A DNA stretch of 64,000 nt from assembly GCA_012295275.1 (NCBI GenBank), contig CM022673.1, positions 27,032,001 through 27,096,000 on the forward strand, in the 5' to 3' direction. The notes below the pieces were generated by a model, which made no database searches, was not told the origin of the DNA, and saw only the letters and a program-made list of their open reading frames with translations. Positions 1-14,245 of the stretch are shown in pieces (the first letter of the stretch is position 1; every line of letters begins with the position of its first letter). The DNA comes from Chrysomallon squamiferum (taxonomy: Eukaryota; Animalia; Mollusca). The position numbers and the translations under genes were made by a program.

Positions 1-237
1 ATTGTTGGGTAAGCAACTTTGATAAACGCCAGGGACAGATATATCTATAATTCACATATGAAATTAAGGGTTCTAAATTAAGTTTGTATATTTATATTAG
101 TTTATAAGAAAACAGATATATTATAAATCGTTTCCACGCCTGAATTACATAAAGACATTGTTTGTCCACGAATAGCGAACTCGCGAATGGTTTTCTAATA
201 CAGTTTTAAGTAAAGTTTTTGTTTCTCTGGAACTGAA

Positions 238-238
<1 letters not shown>

Positions 239-294
<56 letters not shown>
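239..294. repeat. (TG)n microsatellite
   Basis: Direct reading. Confidence 0.95.
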
Positions 295-299
<5 letters not shown>

Positions 300-1639
300 A
301 CTTAACGCTATGTGTGTATATATACGTATGTAATGTGTGGATGTGTCTAAATGTGTTTAATACATAACTTAATGTTGTTTCTATCTGTATATGTATACAT
401 CAGTACTTGAATGCGGATGTAATCATCAAACGTGAATTACATGTCAAATTCAATGTATACTATATCTTATGTAAAAAATGATGAACGCAGAGAAAAAAAA
501 CCCACAAAAACACAATTATATTACAATATCCTCTAGCATAAGTCCATAACAATATTCAGATTTTTTTAAAACAATAAAAATTATGCCGATATACAAAATA
601 CGGCGTAAACTATTTTGTTTTGTTGTTGTTGTTTTTTCTCCTTAAAAACTTATCCGATTCAAACAACTGACGACATAGAATGCATGTGCCCAGATAAACC
701 AAAAATTCTTTTTTTAAGAATTTATATTTAATTTTCTCAAATATATATATAATTCTTTTTCTACCAGTATGTAATGTCTTCTCAAACTGTTTTACTGAAT
801 AAAAAGAAACAGTATTTAATTTTTTTTTTTTTTTTTTAATGTTCGATATCTATTGATTTCCTCGTTCCTTGGGTTTCCAATACATTATATGAATCCTTAT
901 AACAAGAGGAGTAAAACGCTTGAAAGCGTTGTAAGATTTTTTTCTTGCTAAGACTTGGGAAGGACTCAGTTTTTTATAGCCTAAAGTTTACTTACATTTT
1001 GTTTTTGGTTTATATATAGATGTAGAACAGATATATGTATCTTTGTATATATAAGATATATATATATATATATACACGCTATATTTAGAATGATGTTGTG
1101 GTGTTATACGCTAACAGCTGTTGTTAATGTTATTTTTGTTGTATTTTTATTATTCTCTTCTTTTTTAAAATTTTATTTTTGCTATTAACACATTAACATT
1201 ATTCTGAAGACAAAAACTTGCATGAACTCAAACACGAGCATCGAAATGGCCTGCCAGGTCACTGACATTTACATCAAATTAGATATGATAGATACGTCTG
1301 AATTCTCTTTTCCCCCGAAACAACTGTTATTGCGCTTTATTCAATAACTGCAAGGCAAAATACTGTCATCAATCGATTTACCCATTAGAGTTAATAGCAA
1401 GAATAATTCACTGTTCCAACTGTAGCAATTTGTTCTCAGCGTTTACATGTACATCGAACAAATCGTTATTCTTCTGAACAGGAGAATAATTCGCAAGATA
1501 GATTTTTCTTTTCTTTTCTTTTCTTTTCTTCTTGTTCATTTTTTTTATTTATTTATTTATTTTTTTTTTTTTTTTGCTCCCGCTGTTTCGATGTATTCTT
1601 CTCTGATCTACAACACAGAATGTGTCCTGCGAATTGCAA

Positions 1640-1896
1640 TCAGTACCAGTAGCCAACGGAGATTAATTGTTTTGAATGGACCGTGGCTAGGATGAGATTG
1701 GTGTAAAGGTCGATATTCCAAAGTAACTGAAGTCCAGGAAGAAATGACGCGTGTAGATGTGTAGCCCACGAAGTAAGATTTAGTGGAGCAGTCGCTGGTG
1801 TATGAACGCTTGTTGTTGTATGATACAAAGCTGGTAGAGGGAGGAATAGCTCAACACTGTTATTGTTGCTTGAGAAAATCCAAGAATAGTTGATGC
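1640..1896 (-). CDS. Candidate terminal coding exon of the same orphan gene (..INYSWIFSSNNNSVELFLPLP..VGYWY*)
   Basis: High-complexity ORF 1640..1930 with acceptor ttctgtgtacag| at 1897. The long open frame is phase 1, compatible with the exon at 11597-11699. No family recognised. Confidence 0.35.
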
Positions 1897-2003
1897 CTGT
1901 ACACAGAATGGTTTGTTCTAAAATGAACATGAGCAGTTATTGGAATGAAATAAATATGTACAGAGGAAGGGTATGAAATATAATAAATAATATATCATAA
2001 ATA

Positions 2004-2097
2004 ATCGGTAGGAGTAACCAGTGCAGTGTCATCGGTAGGAGTAACCAGTGGAGTGTGATCGGTAGGAGTAACCCGTGTGTACTCGGTAGGAGTAACC
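2004..2097 (+). repeat. Minisatellite, ~27-bp unit x4, core TCGGTAGGAGTAACC
   Basis: Core at 2005, 2032, 2059 and 2083. Confidence 0.9.
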
Positions 2098-2644
2098 AAG
2101 GGATAATAATTGATAGACATAACCCACAGAGTGTAATTTACGGTAGATTAACTGGTGGGTGTAGACCAGGCAGTGTTTTCGTATAGAACGTGCAAAAGGG
2201 ACAACTTATACACGCAATCAACATGCAAATCATTACGAGTTAACTGCCCTTGTTAGCACACATAGTACAACAGCGTGTTAGTTGTAGTTCGCTATGCCAA
2301 TTTATTTTTCAAACTTGAAGACTGATTTTTTCAACTGATATCTATCTAATTGTGAGTTACAAACAAAAAAACACGGGATAGCCTTGAACATCGCTTCCTA
2401 ATTTAAATTACTGACCAGCTTGTCCGTACTCTTCACTGTGTCCTCTTGCAAAAACCCAGTGTCACAATTTCTTTTAGTACTTCGCACGATTTCGGTTGAC
2501 ATGACGTTACCTTAATCTCACACATCACTGACAATAGCAGCATTTAAGGACACTCAACGTTCTCTGGGCAGCTTTTAAAGAGATTTGTGAGACATTAAGA
2601 AGCTGTTGATTTATTCCGGATCTAATAGAATCATGTCACGGTGG

Positions 2645-2990
2645 AAGTGGTGGTAGTGATGGGTGGTTATTGTAGAAGCAGTCGTTAAAGCAGAAGCAGT
2701 AGCAGTAGTAGTAATAATAGTAGTAGTAGTAACTGTTTAAAGTCTTGTTTTATTGGGGTTTTTTTTAAATGCATTAGTACTAGTAGTAGCGGTGGTAGTG
2801 GTGATGGTTATTGTAGCAGTAGTAGTAATAACAGGAGTCGTACAAGTAGTAGTAGTAGCAGTAGTAGTAGCAATAGTAGTAGTAATTGTTTGAATTCTCG
2901 TTTTATGTTTTTTTATAAATGCTGTAGTACTAATAGCAGCGGTGGTGGTAGTGATGATGGTTATTGTTGCAGTAGTAGTAGTAATAACTG
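2645..2990. repeat. Degenerate ~140-150-bp tandem duplication built on (GTA)n/(GTG)n
   Basis: ggttattgt anchors near 2666, 2806 and 2959; the gtaa.tgttt.aa..ct.gttttat..taaatgc..tagtacta block occurs twice. Confidence 0.75.
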
Positions 2991-3619
2991 TTGTTACTGT
3001 TGTGTTGCTGCACCTACTACTGTTGTAAATACTAAATAAACATAAAATAAACAAAACAGTAATAGCATGTTGAACAACAGCGTTAATAATAATAAATATT
3101 ATTATCTGTAAATATATTTACTACTGCTTCTACCATTGCTACTATTCCTACTAGGACTGCTATTGGCTTAAACAGGCTTAGCAGTAACACTGGTAATACC
3201 AGTAGGAATAATAATCGTAGTTAATATAGTGGTGGCAGAAGCAGCAGTAGTAGTAGTGATAGTAGTAGTGATAATAACTGTTTTCTTTTTAAAAGGCGTT
3301 GAAATTATTAACGTCTTCTGCAGAAAGCTAAATTTGCACACAGAAGGAAACACAAGCAAATTACATCATCCGAGAAGCCGTCTGCAAAAACCTGTCGACT
3401 TAAAATGACATCACAAAACTGAGACTGACAACATCAACTCCCACACACAAACCTACACACAAGAACGAAGACTTTGAAAGAATTCTGTAGACATCTTCTC
3501 ATACATCCTATATATATATATATTTCTTTTTAGCGGTTTCACTTTAGTCAGTTTGAATGTCAAGGTCGTGTTGTTGTCCGTTATAACGACAAGGCAATGA
3601 CCCGAGAATATACATCGAC

Positions 3620-3653
<34 letters not shown>

Positions 3654-6058
3654 GAATTATTTGTCTTATTTCGATTTTATTTGCCACTGTGAATGAGCCT
3701 TTCTCGTGAACTGCGTTTGCTTCCAGTCATCTGGGATTCGATGCAGTTGTAACAAAAAGACATTACAGCATGTTATTGTACATCTCGAGAGAGAGACTGG
3801 AAATATTGTTTATCACACCATGTAGCCAGGTTATCGCCAAGTTAGACCTCCTAAGCACGGGATATTCTCTTTGATATAATCTAGTTCAGTTCAGTTTATA
3901 TACTTCAGAGTAGACACGTCTTTTCGTTTGTTATATTTTATTGTGAAACGCCGGTAACGTAAGAATTCATATTTAACAGATAAAACATTAATTATAGTTA
4001 TATTCGAAGGTTCATACATACGCATGTAGATGTAGATATAGATACACGCATACATATATTAATAAAAACTAAAAAAAAACACCCACTAATGTAAATACAA
4101 TTATAAACGTACACGTACAAGGACACACACATATATATACATACAAAAATACTTATATGAATATTTATGTATACATACGTACGTATGTACGCACGCACAC
4201 ATGGAGTTATGCTTACAAGTACACACAGCTGAATATAAGACTGTTTTATTTAACAGAATAATTTAATCACAGAGGACACACGCATCGTAGTAAACTGTTC
4301 TGTTTATGTTACCTCTGAAGTCTTCTTGCATTCATCTAAGACTCAAATAAGCTGCACTGCTTGCTACTTTAACTCTCTGTCTTACAGTTTTCAACTGTTA
4401 AACACGTTGCATTATTCCAGTGTAACGTATTCATGGAACTGTGATAATATAGCAGTTATACCTGTCGATCGCTGTCTGTGACTCGCCTTTTGCTATCGTA
4501 AGCTCTGAAAAGCGAAACTAATTCATCAAGAGGGCAATATTGAGTGTGGCCTGAACGTGATTGATGTGTAATATCTCTGACATCAGATGAGACAGAAAGA
4601 TGAATGAGGCATCAGTCTCCACTATCGTTATAATTACAAACTCGCTGCTGTGTTGTTTAGTGTTGAGGTTCAGTGTAAACTTCATCTCAGAATCCAAGAT
4701 GGCTAAAAAAAAAAGCTAGTTATCTAGTGATATAAATTTAAAAAATAATAATTTTCTGATAACAAAATCGACTTGGGAAAAAATTACCGTCTTAAGAAAT
4801 GCGATATATATCTGACTTCAAACGGACTAGAATAAAGAACAAGAAAGGTTTTTTTCCCTCTAAATCTCGTATAAAAATGTTTTTGTAACTATCCAAGGGA
4901 AAATCTAGAAAAAAACCACAAAAAACAACAACAATTCAAGCCAATAAGAATAAGCATATAAGTTATTCATTAATTCTGTCATTATAAAGTTGCATTTAAA
5001 ATATATATATATTGATGGTAAACATTACCTCTAAATCTAAGACAGTCAGAAATCGTCATCTTCAAAAATCAAAATAAAATGTAATATCTCGAGCACCAGA
5101 GGAACCTGAAGGGAGAATTAGGTTTAATTTTCCACTAATTCTAGTATTACAAATTAACTGGAAGTGGATATCTTAGCGCTGCAGGGTAATAATACTGACT
5201 TCTAAATTCAAAACTGCCACTGTGCACGATGTTAACCAAAAAAACAAAAAACAAAAAAAAACGTAAACACGTAATGACCTTCACCGCCATGGTAGTGTTT
5301 ACCTCTCGGTGAATATCTGTCTGTACTTTCAATCAGTTTAGTTTGATTTCTGATTTACATAAACACCGCTTCACTAGATAAAACACGTGCATGCTAACGA
5401 ACTCGAAGAAAGATCGATAATCGATTTATCGGTCGATATCGTAGAGCCTGGGGGGATTAATCAGCGTAGAAAATGGCGAACATTATCGGAGAAAAAAAAA
5501 ACAACAACAACAACAATGCAGGTACTGTTGAAAATTAGAGTGGATGTACATTAAACATTGACTTGTGGCAGGCGAGGCTGTATCTGTTATTTTTTTAAAC
5601 AGGTTTATTTATTGGAGAAATAAAAAGCTTTTCTCGTTGTTATTGGTTTTTGTTTTGTGATTGTTATCGAGTTTGTTTTGTTGTTGTTTTACTGGCTTGG
5701 TTTTGTTTACGCTGTGTTAGTGGGTTTTTTTGTGTTTTTTATTGCTTTTTTATCTTTTAATATTATTGTTGGTATTTAAAATGTTGTAGATTGTAGTTTT
5801 AGGTTTGTTTATAAATTTCACTGGGAATGTTATTATGATAATTCTGGTGGTGTTGTTCTTTTTGTTACTGTTACTACGACTGTTATTTTTGTTTTTGTGC
5901 TTGAATGAATTCTGTTTTTCATTTTTGTTTTTAAATTTTACTGTGTGCGTCAGTATTACATTTAATATCATGGTTACTTAACAATCATGCTGAGTATTAA
6001 TTATTTATTTATTTATTTATTTACATATTTTTATTTATTTATTTATTTTTATTTATTT

Positions 6059-6113
<55 letters not shown>

Positions 6114-6319
6114 TTGTTGTTACTGCTATTACTGGAGCTGGTTTGTCTTTGTTATCTTTTCTTATTTTTGTTATTGTTATATAATTTTTTTTTACAATTT
6201 CCATATCACATAATTACTACATGTATTTCTGTGAAAACAAACACACATACACATACACACACATGCATGCATACAGTTTACAACACAACACATCACAAAA
6301 CACCACACCAACACACATA

Positions 6320-6365
<46 letters not shown>

Positions 6366-6897
6366 AACACAAACACTTAAACTTGCAAACAAACAGCTAA
6401 ACGAACTCATACGCAAACTTGCAAATCTTTCAAGTCATAAAGAAAAGCTTCTCCAAGTCAACGCACAGTAAATCACAGATAAAACTGTGCTGTGTTACCT
6501 CGCCAGTGAGATGATTAATTGTGCACTCATTAATTTAATGTACTAAAAGGATCCATACACAGCATAGAAATACTACTAAGACTGAGGGGAAGAAAAAAAA
6601 AAAAAGATGAAGGTCTTGTCAGTAACAGTATATCTTGTTCAAGGTTACAGTAAGAAAAGTGTTTACTTCAAGTTAATGGTAGATGTAGAAAAAATAATAT
6701 GAGGCTGTACTTAGCAATATTATTGTAGTGTTTGGTTTGAAAAAGAAGACAGTTTCAAAAGAGGATGTAAATTTCTTTTTATTTTTTTTTTTTTTTTATT
6801 TGTTGATCGATGTTTTGCGTGACGTTCTTTTATTTTGTTTTTCAATTATTATTTTTATTTATTTATTTATTTTTACTTACCTTTTTTTTAAATTATT

Positions 6898-6945
<48 letters not shown>

Positions 6946-7301
6946 TTTTTTTTTTATTATTAATTTTTTTTTTTTTTATGATGGATTTGTTTATCTTGAA
7001 AAATTATACCTACTAGTACTGACTACTATATGACAGTGTCTGCTTGATGTTGTTGTTGCTGTTGTTGATGATGATGCTGTTGGTGTTGTTGTCAATCTTA
7101 ATGATAATGTTGCTGATGTTGTTACTGTCGCTGATGATGTTGTATTATAGTTGTTGTTGTTTTGGTTGTTTCATAAAATGGTTGTTCATTTCAAAATTTT
7201 AAAGACAACATATTGTTACTATTTTTAATAATTTATTTAAATATCTAAACAGATATAATTTATGTAGACTTCTTTATTTATCTATTTTAATTTAGTTTAT
7301 C

Positions 7302-7333
<32 letters not shown>

Positions 7334-7629
7334 GAACACTTAAATCTATTCCTAGCAATATCTGCGAGAATTCAAAAGGAAAAAAAAAAAAAAAAGAAAG
7401 AAAAAAAGAGCATGAACGTCTTAGGCTTAAAAGGTTTCTAAATTCAAATGTTTTATTTTTTTATAACTAAAAAAACAACAACAAATACCCTTACAGAAAT
7501 AATACGATTACAATTTTTGCCTAATACATTTTTTTCTTCCTCTGTTGGAATGAATCGATGGATCAGATTTGAATTAACAGAGAGAGGGAAAGTAATGTTT
7601 TGTAAAACGCGATTTATAGAGTAACACGC

Positions 7630-7930
7630 AGAAAGACAGACATGCACAGACAGACAGACAGAGACAAAGACACAGAGAGATAGAGATAGACAGTCAGACA
7701 CAGAGAGAGACAGACAGACAAATACAGAGGGAGACAGACACAGAGAGAGACAGACAGACAGAGAGATAGAGAGATAGATCTTCAGAGGGAATAAGACAGA
7801 GACAGACAGACAGACAGACAGAAAGAGAGATAGAGAGAAAGACAGACAGAGAGACATGGAAACAGAGATAGACAGAGAGTGAAAAGAAAGACACACAGAC
7901 AGACAGACAGAGGGACACAGAGAGAGAGGG
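7630..7930. repeat. Compound (GACA/GAGA/GATA)n microsatellite
   Basis: Direct reading; explains the SLSVCL ORFs. Confidence 0.9.
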
Positions 7931-8043
7931 GGGTTCAAAGAAACTATGTTTTATACAACCTATAGCTTCTTTGGTTTTGTTAGGGTTTTTTTCTTCTTTT
8001 CCTTTATTGTTGCTCTTATCGATATATATAGGTATGCGTGTGT

Positions 8044-8076
<33 letters not shown>

Positions 8077-8786
8077 CATATGTAAAGCAGAATTAAACTT
8101 ATAAAACTGAAGAAAACACACATTATTATTATTATTTTATATATATATATATATATATGCGTGTGTATGTGTGTATATAGTTTTTGCTTGCATTTGAACC
8201 TGGTGTTGTTGTTGTTGTTGTTGCTGCTGCTGCTGCTGGTTCAATAATTTCGTGCCAACAGCATTACTAATCGAGTACACATTCTGCTGAGCTTGTTCTA
8301 GTTGCCCGAGCAGCTGTCTGGAAAACGCATTATTTTACACGTGCCTAACACGTCGCGGATGAAATTTCTACACACAACAAACGAAGCCAATTCTGCCTGC
8401 TTCTGTATAACCGGATTGAATCAATATAGAATTACCAGTGCGTTACATCACGTCACTGTCAACAGACTGTGCATTTGCTAATAGCTGTAACTCGGTATTC
8501 GGTATCACTATAAACGGCATCGGTGTAGTTTTCGTAACATCGTCGCCATCACTGATGTAGTCTTTGATATATCATCATCGTCGTTGTCGTTGTCGTTGTC
8601 ACAGTTATCATAATTACTGACGCCTTTATTGCATTTGTTAAGAACAGGAAAGATGAGAACAGAGAAGATATGATACAGTACTAGTTTATTTTCTTTAAAC
8701 AGTGAGGCTCATAAGCATGCAAGTATATGCTATATTGTAAGTCATTTATGAATAATCAACAGCATACTACTAACATAAGAGAACTG

Positions 8787-8885
8787 CTTAACATCTCCCC
8801 AGTTAACTGTCAGTGAGAAGATCGATCTCAGAACCTACCAGTAGTGAGGATGAAGGCTTAAAGACTGCACCACCCGATTTCTCTA
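8787..8885 (-). mobile_element. Degenerate tRNA-derived SINE head
   Basis: Minus strand gggtggtgcagtc (A-box-like) ... ggtaggttctgagatcgatctt (B-box-like) at tRNA-like spacing. Confidence 0.35.
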
Positions 8886-9008
8886 GCATCTCAGTGTGTA
8901 CTACTTGATGTGTTATGTGTGTTTTATAAAACTCGTTTAATGCTTGACATATGATAACAGTATCATGTTGCAATTTAGGAATCGTTACAAAGTAGTGAGA
9001 GAGAGAGA

Positions 9009-9273
<265 letters not shown>

Positions 9274-10046
9274 ATCAAGGATAGCTGAGAACACGCTAAG
9301 GCGGAATGTATCATTCATTCTTTATTAATCATGCTTTTTATCTTCATTTACTGCTAAAGATTTTCCTTGATATTAATAAAATGCAATTACAGTTCAGAAT
9401 GTACTAGCTATCAAAATATATGATATTATTTACAGATTTATTTACGTAAATCTGAAAATAAATTATCTATGATACATGGACACTGACCGCCAAATGAACC
9501 TTACATGTTATGTTTGTTCATATTCACTGAACGTTTGGTATATCGGGTTTCGAACACTGACTGGAACGGGATAGAATTACTAATTTTATTGGTCAATGAG
9601 TCCTCACATTTCTTACAACTTCAGATGATGTTAAATAAAATGTTGAAAACTGACGGGATTTGGAGTAGATGATAAATAATCCCATTTCCTAGTCCTATAT
9701 ACTATCCTCCGTTTTCTGTAAATATGTAATGGGGAAATGAATGATATATAGATATATATATATCAATAATGAACAAATAATAATAGATATTGACAGTGTT
9801 GGTAGGCAGTGTTGTTTTGTAGTCATTGTGTGACGTTATTATTATGCAGTTCTCTTTGTGTAAACAAAACAATTTACAGTTCATTTAAGTGATGTATGCA
9901 AGTTGATGAATATATCGGATGATGCTTACTTTTTTGTGTACAGTATATTTTTAAACGTTCCGTAAGCATTTAAACTGATGTGTTTTTCATTCTCATCATC
10001 TTCTTTTTCTTGTTCTTTACACACTTCTACTTATTATTATTATTAT

Positions 10047-10095
<49 letters not shown>

Positions 10096-10342
10096 TGTTG
10101 TTGTTGCAGTTCTTTCAAAATGTTATATATGGGTTATTTTTTAATTTATTTATTTATTGTTGTTGTTATTTTATTATTAGTAGTAGTAGTATTACTTTAT
10201 TTGTTGTTGTTTTTGCTTTTGTTGCTATTGTTATTGTTGTTGTTGTTGTTTTATTATTTATTTATTTATTTATTTATGTATTTATGTTTATTCACATTTT
10301 ATCCTGCCTTTATTTCTTACTAGTATTTCTTATTTATTTGTA

Positions 10343-10382
<40 letters not shown>

Positions 10383-11351
10383 TATTATTATTTTATTATC
10401 CTCTGTGTTTCATTCCACAAAAAGCTTTACAAACACATTCTCGGTGGGCTTGACTGCTCATAAACAATGTGACTAATGTTCTCTTTTCTTCATTATCTCC
10501 CCCTTAATCACTAAATCATTATCACGATCCAGACTGCCGCCTCAAACACGTACATAGTCCACGGGTAATGAGGCAAATAAAAGCATTAGAAAAAGCTATC
10601 ACAAAGAGACGGTGAAGCAAGCAGCCACATTTCTCAACCAAGAATTTCCCGATCGTCATTTTTTTTTTTTTTTTTTTTTTGTTGTTGCTAAAGGCGTATT
10701 ATGATGATATCTACGTCTAGAAGTTCTGGCTCTTTTCGGGGTTTAAATGCTTTAGTTAATTATGAAGACTCCTGTCGAAAGTAATCTGTAGTGTCTCAAA
10801 ACGCTTTTCGTGCTAACGTGTGTTCAATACTGGCCTTTTTCCCAAGGTGACACTGTTTCGAGGTAAAGGTTAAGAGAGTCCAGTTAAAGATTATTATAAT
10901 GAGTAAGAAGATGCTTTCTGTTGTACGTCCAAAAGCTGAATCCTGTTTACGTATTCTCGGTAATTTACATGTAGTAACAGCTATAAACAAGTGCATATAA
11001 ATACTGATGATTCTTCTTCTTTTTTTAAATCAAAGGTCATTTTCCGTTTTCTTTTGGTTTGTACTGAAATGGACTCAGCCATATGTGAAATACCTATTAA
11101 TTATGCCCTAGAAGTCTTTTTGTATAATGATAACTAAGAAATTGCAAATAAGTAAATTATTTCTGAGCTGACATTAAAAAAATCAATTGTTTCACATTCT
11201 CTGGTAATTAAATTGCTGTTGCTTAAACAACATCTGTCGACAAGCAAATAGACTGTATATTTTCATATCAATTATTAATGGTGGACTGCAAAACATGTGG
11301 AAATCCACGTCGTTTTCTGACACGTAGATCTGGAGCGAGAAATAAATAAAT

Positions 11352-11435
11352 AGTCCGACATGACGAGGAATGAACCTGCGACCCTTCGGTTGTCGTTATC
11401 CGAACGATCTAGCACTTGAACTGTAACCCGCTGCC
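11352..11435 (-). mobile_element. Degenerate tRNA-derived SINE head / tRNA pseudogene
   Basis: Minus strand reads gggttacagttcaagtgctaga (A-box-like), ttcgg..ccgaa (anticodon-like stem), gggtcgcaggttcattcctcg (variable loop plus B-box-like). No proper acceptor stem. Confidence 0.55.
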
Positions 11436-11596
11436 AACAACTAAAAATTTAGCAATCCGAAAACACTGTAATTTAACTTCTACGCATATTCTACCTTCAA
11501 GTTTGGCGTCTTTTCACAAAACCATTCTTCGACTCGAATCAGTGACAACATAACAGAACAATTTAAAAATAAAAGAAAAGAAAAGAAATCACTTAC

Positions 11597-11699
11597 TTGT
11601 TTCCCAGAGGTACCGGAGGAGCTGAATCGGGTACCACACCTCTCTTTCTGTAGTGTTAATACCAGCGTTCAGTGTCTTCTGCTTGTCCGTCTGCAGCAT
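11597..11699 (-). CDS. Candidate first coding exon of an orphan gene (MLQTDKQKTLNAGINTTEREVWYPIQLLRYLWET)
   Basis: Complex, GC-elevated island ending exactly at a consensus donor CAA|gtaagt (11596). Only this frame is open from an ATG to the donor (phase 1). No family recognised; it could be a non-coding exon. Confidence 0.35.
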
Positions 11700-12292
11700 A
11701 CAAACTCGCCGTTTTAACCAAGAAAGTAACAAAAATAACGTCTAAAAGGACCAACAACAAACATACAACACTATCCTCGAATCCGCTCACAAGCTACATT
11801 AGAATCCTCGAACAAACGACATTCAGAACTTCAGTGAGAGTTTCATTAAGATAAATTGATAAAAAAACAATCTATATCTCTCTCTCTATACACATATACG
11901 TATATATTAAGGAGCAGGTAGTTTTAATAACTGATGCCAGTGTACGACAGTGCGGCGTTCTTCTCCACGCTAACTCTGCATGCTGTGCGCAGAATGTCGG
12001 GCGAAATCCTGATCAATACTGTTTGGGACCATTATTCCAAGCATCGAATTGGCCCGGACTCACCGCGTTTAATTTATTCCTGCAGAGGTTTGGCATTTAC
12101 ACCAATAATTAGACACGCTGTTAACCAGTGGGTCCAAAAAAGAAACACAAAAAAAAAAGAAGAAAAAAAGTAATAAATATAAATATATACGAGACTGAAT
12201 ATTGCGTTAACGTGGCCTGATTTATGTATGTTCATTTGTCACGTATATCGAGTATATGTATAATGGATTTAATTCGGTATTCTTAAAACGAT

Positions 12293-12404
<112 letters not shown>

Positions 12405-13930
12405 CTAAACGAATGACGTTAGAAATCAGTTTTTGACGACCTATATTAAAAGGTCATGATCGAAATGAAAAGGTCGTTACGCAGTGTGATCGGTTGTACT
12501 AAAAAACCGATGAGCCCTTATTACGCAGTCTCTGACGTCACTGCTTAAACTAATCACTGTCCTTTCTCATTTGCGTGACTGTCTCATCTGGATTTAAACT
12601 GAATCCTTCACAGAGACTGAAACAAAAACGTCGTGCAAATAATATGGGCAGTTATCTATTCTTTGACGTCGTTGTCTCAAGGAATTAAGATTTTTTTGTT
12701 GTTTACTGTTAGGTAATGCAGCGACTTCACCAATAACAAACAGGAAAACAAAAGTGTGATGATTACGACCATGATGATAATCGTAATGATCAAGACGTCG
12801 TTGACGATAATTTTGGTGAAGTTAATAATGTTTTGCTAATTAATTTGATTTTAAGAAATGACATTTTAGATAAAAAAAAATCTTTGGATAATCCTACTAA
12901 GAATTTTTAACAAGATGTCAAATTAAATCAACATGTTATCTATACTGAGCAATAAAAATTAAACGTAACAAATATAATTTTAAAATGGGTCCGTATTTAC
13001 CTATATGGATATATGAGAAAGAAAAATGTTAATAATGTGTTCTTGCAATAATTATTATACCCTGTTTGCATTAACATATTTGTTATAGTTGTGCATGTAT
13101 GTCTTTCCTGTACTGTTGCTTATGATTTCGTCCTATTTATTCTAAGTAATAAAAAGTAAATCCAGATATCATCTTATTCTTGTCAAATGCTTTCTGTTCT
13201 TTTTTCTTTTATTTTTTAAAACTATTTAAGTCGAACTGATCTGGTTTATTGTTAAATTAATAACAAGAAGATGAAATATGTGTAATACTGAAATGATGCT
13301 AAGTTGTTATGCACTATGAAACGTCTTTGTTATTATTAATACTATAACAACAACTACTACTACATCCTCTCCGCAAAAATATTACTACTTTATCTGCTGC
13401 AGCAAAATAATTATAACCAAAATTACAGTTATTGCTATTATCGCTATTACTACTACTATTACTACTACTACTACTACTACTATTATTATTATTATTATTA
13501 CTACTACTACTACTATTATTATTATTATTACTACTACTACTACTACTACTATTTTTGTCGTTCTCATCAACACCTTCATCAACATCATCATCATGATTAT
13601 TATTATTATTAGTAGTAGTAGTAGTAGTAGTAGTAATAGTACTCCTGTTGTTGTTATATTATGAAAATGGTAATGAAGTCTTGGTGTTGTTGGTGTTGTA
13701 TTAAAATGGTATCTAATGCTCAGTGACATCTGCATTGCAGACGTAATTGCTGCTGATGCTGTCTGATTGCCGTTCAGCGACCCATGTCTTTTCAGACGTA
13801 GTCAAAAGGCACTTCTGTTATTTTTATGTTATTTTAGTTCCGATCGATAGATCGTCGTTTTTTGAAAATGTTAGAGTCAAAATGTCTGTTCTGTTGCTTA
13901 TATGTGGACATGATGGTAGATAGTTATAAT

Positions 13931-13933
<3 letters not shown>

Positions 13934-14019
<86 letters not shown>

Positions 14020-14160
14020 TGAAATGAGAGACAAAAAAAAAGGACAGAGATGTTAAGTGCAGAATATCGATCATGTGTGTTATGTATAGCTAGAGATAAG
14101 TACAGTAATAATGAAAAAATTAATGTGCATTGACAAAAATAAAAAAATCGCGCTGACTGA

Positions 14161-14242
<82 letters not shown>
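13934..14242. repeat. Inverted pair of (GA)n and (TC)n tracts
   Basis: (GA)n 13934-14015 and (TC)n 14164-14242. Confidence 0.95.

Positions 14243-14245
<3 letters not shown>

Noticed and set aside
1861-1882. ttgcttgagaa resembling miR-137
   Set aside because: The seed region and 3' half do not match, and no precursor hairpin is evident. No conserved miRNA was recognised by eye in the window.
2004-2097. CRISPR-like repeat-spacer pattern
   Set aside because: The repeat is only 15 bp, spacers are 9-12 bp and related to each other, the context is eukaryotic and there are no cas genes.
2737-3359. Thr-rich mucin-like ORFs
   Set aside because: Translations of (GTA)n/(GTG)n repeats, with no supporting splice structure.
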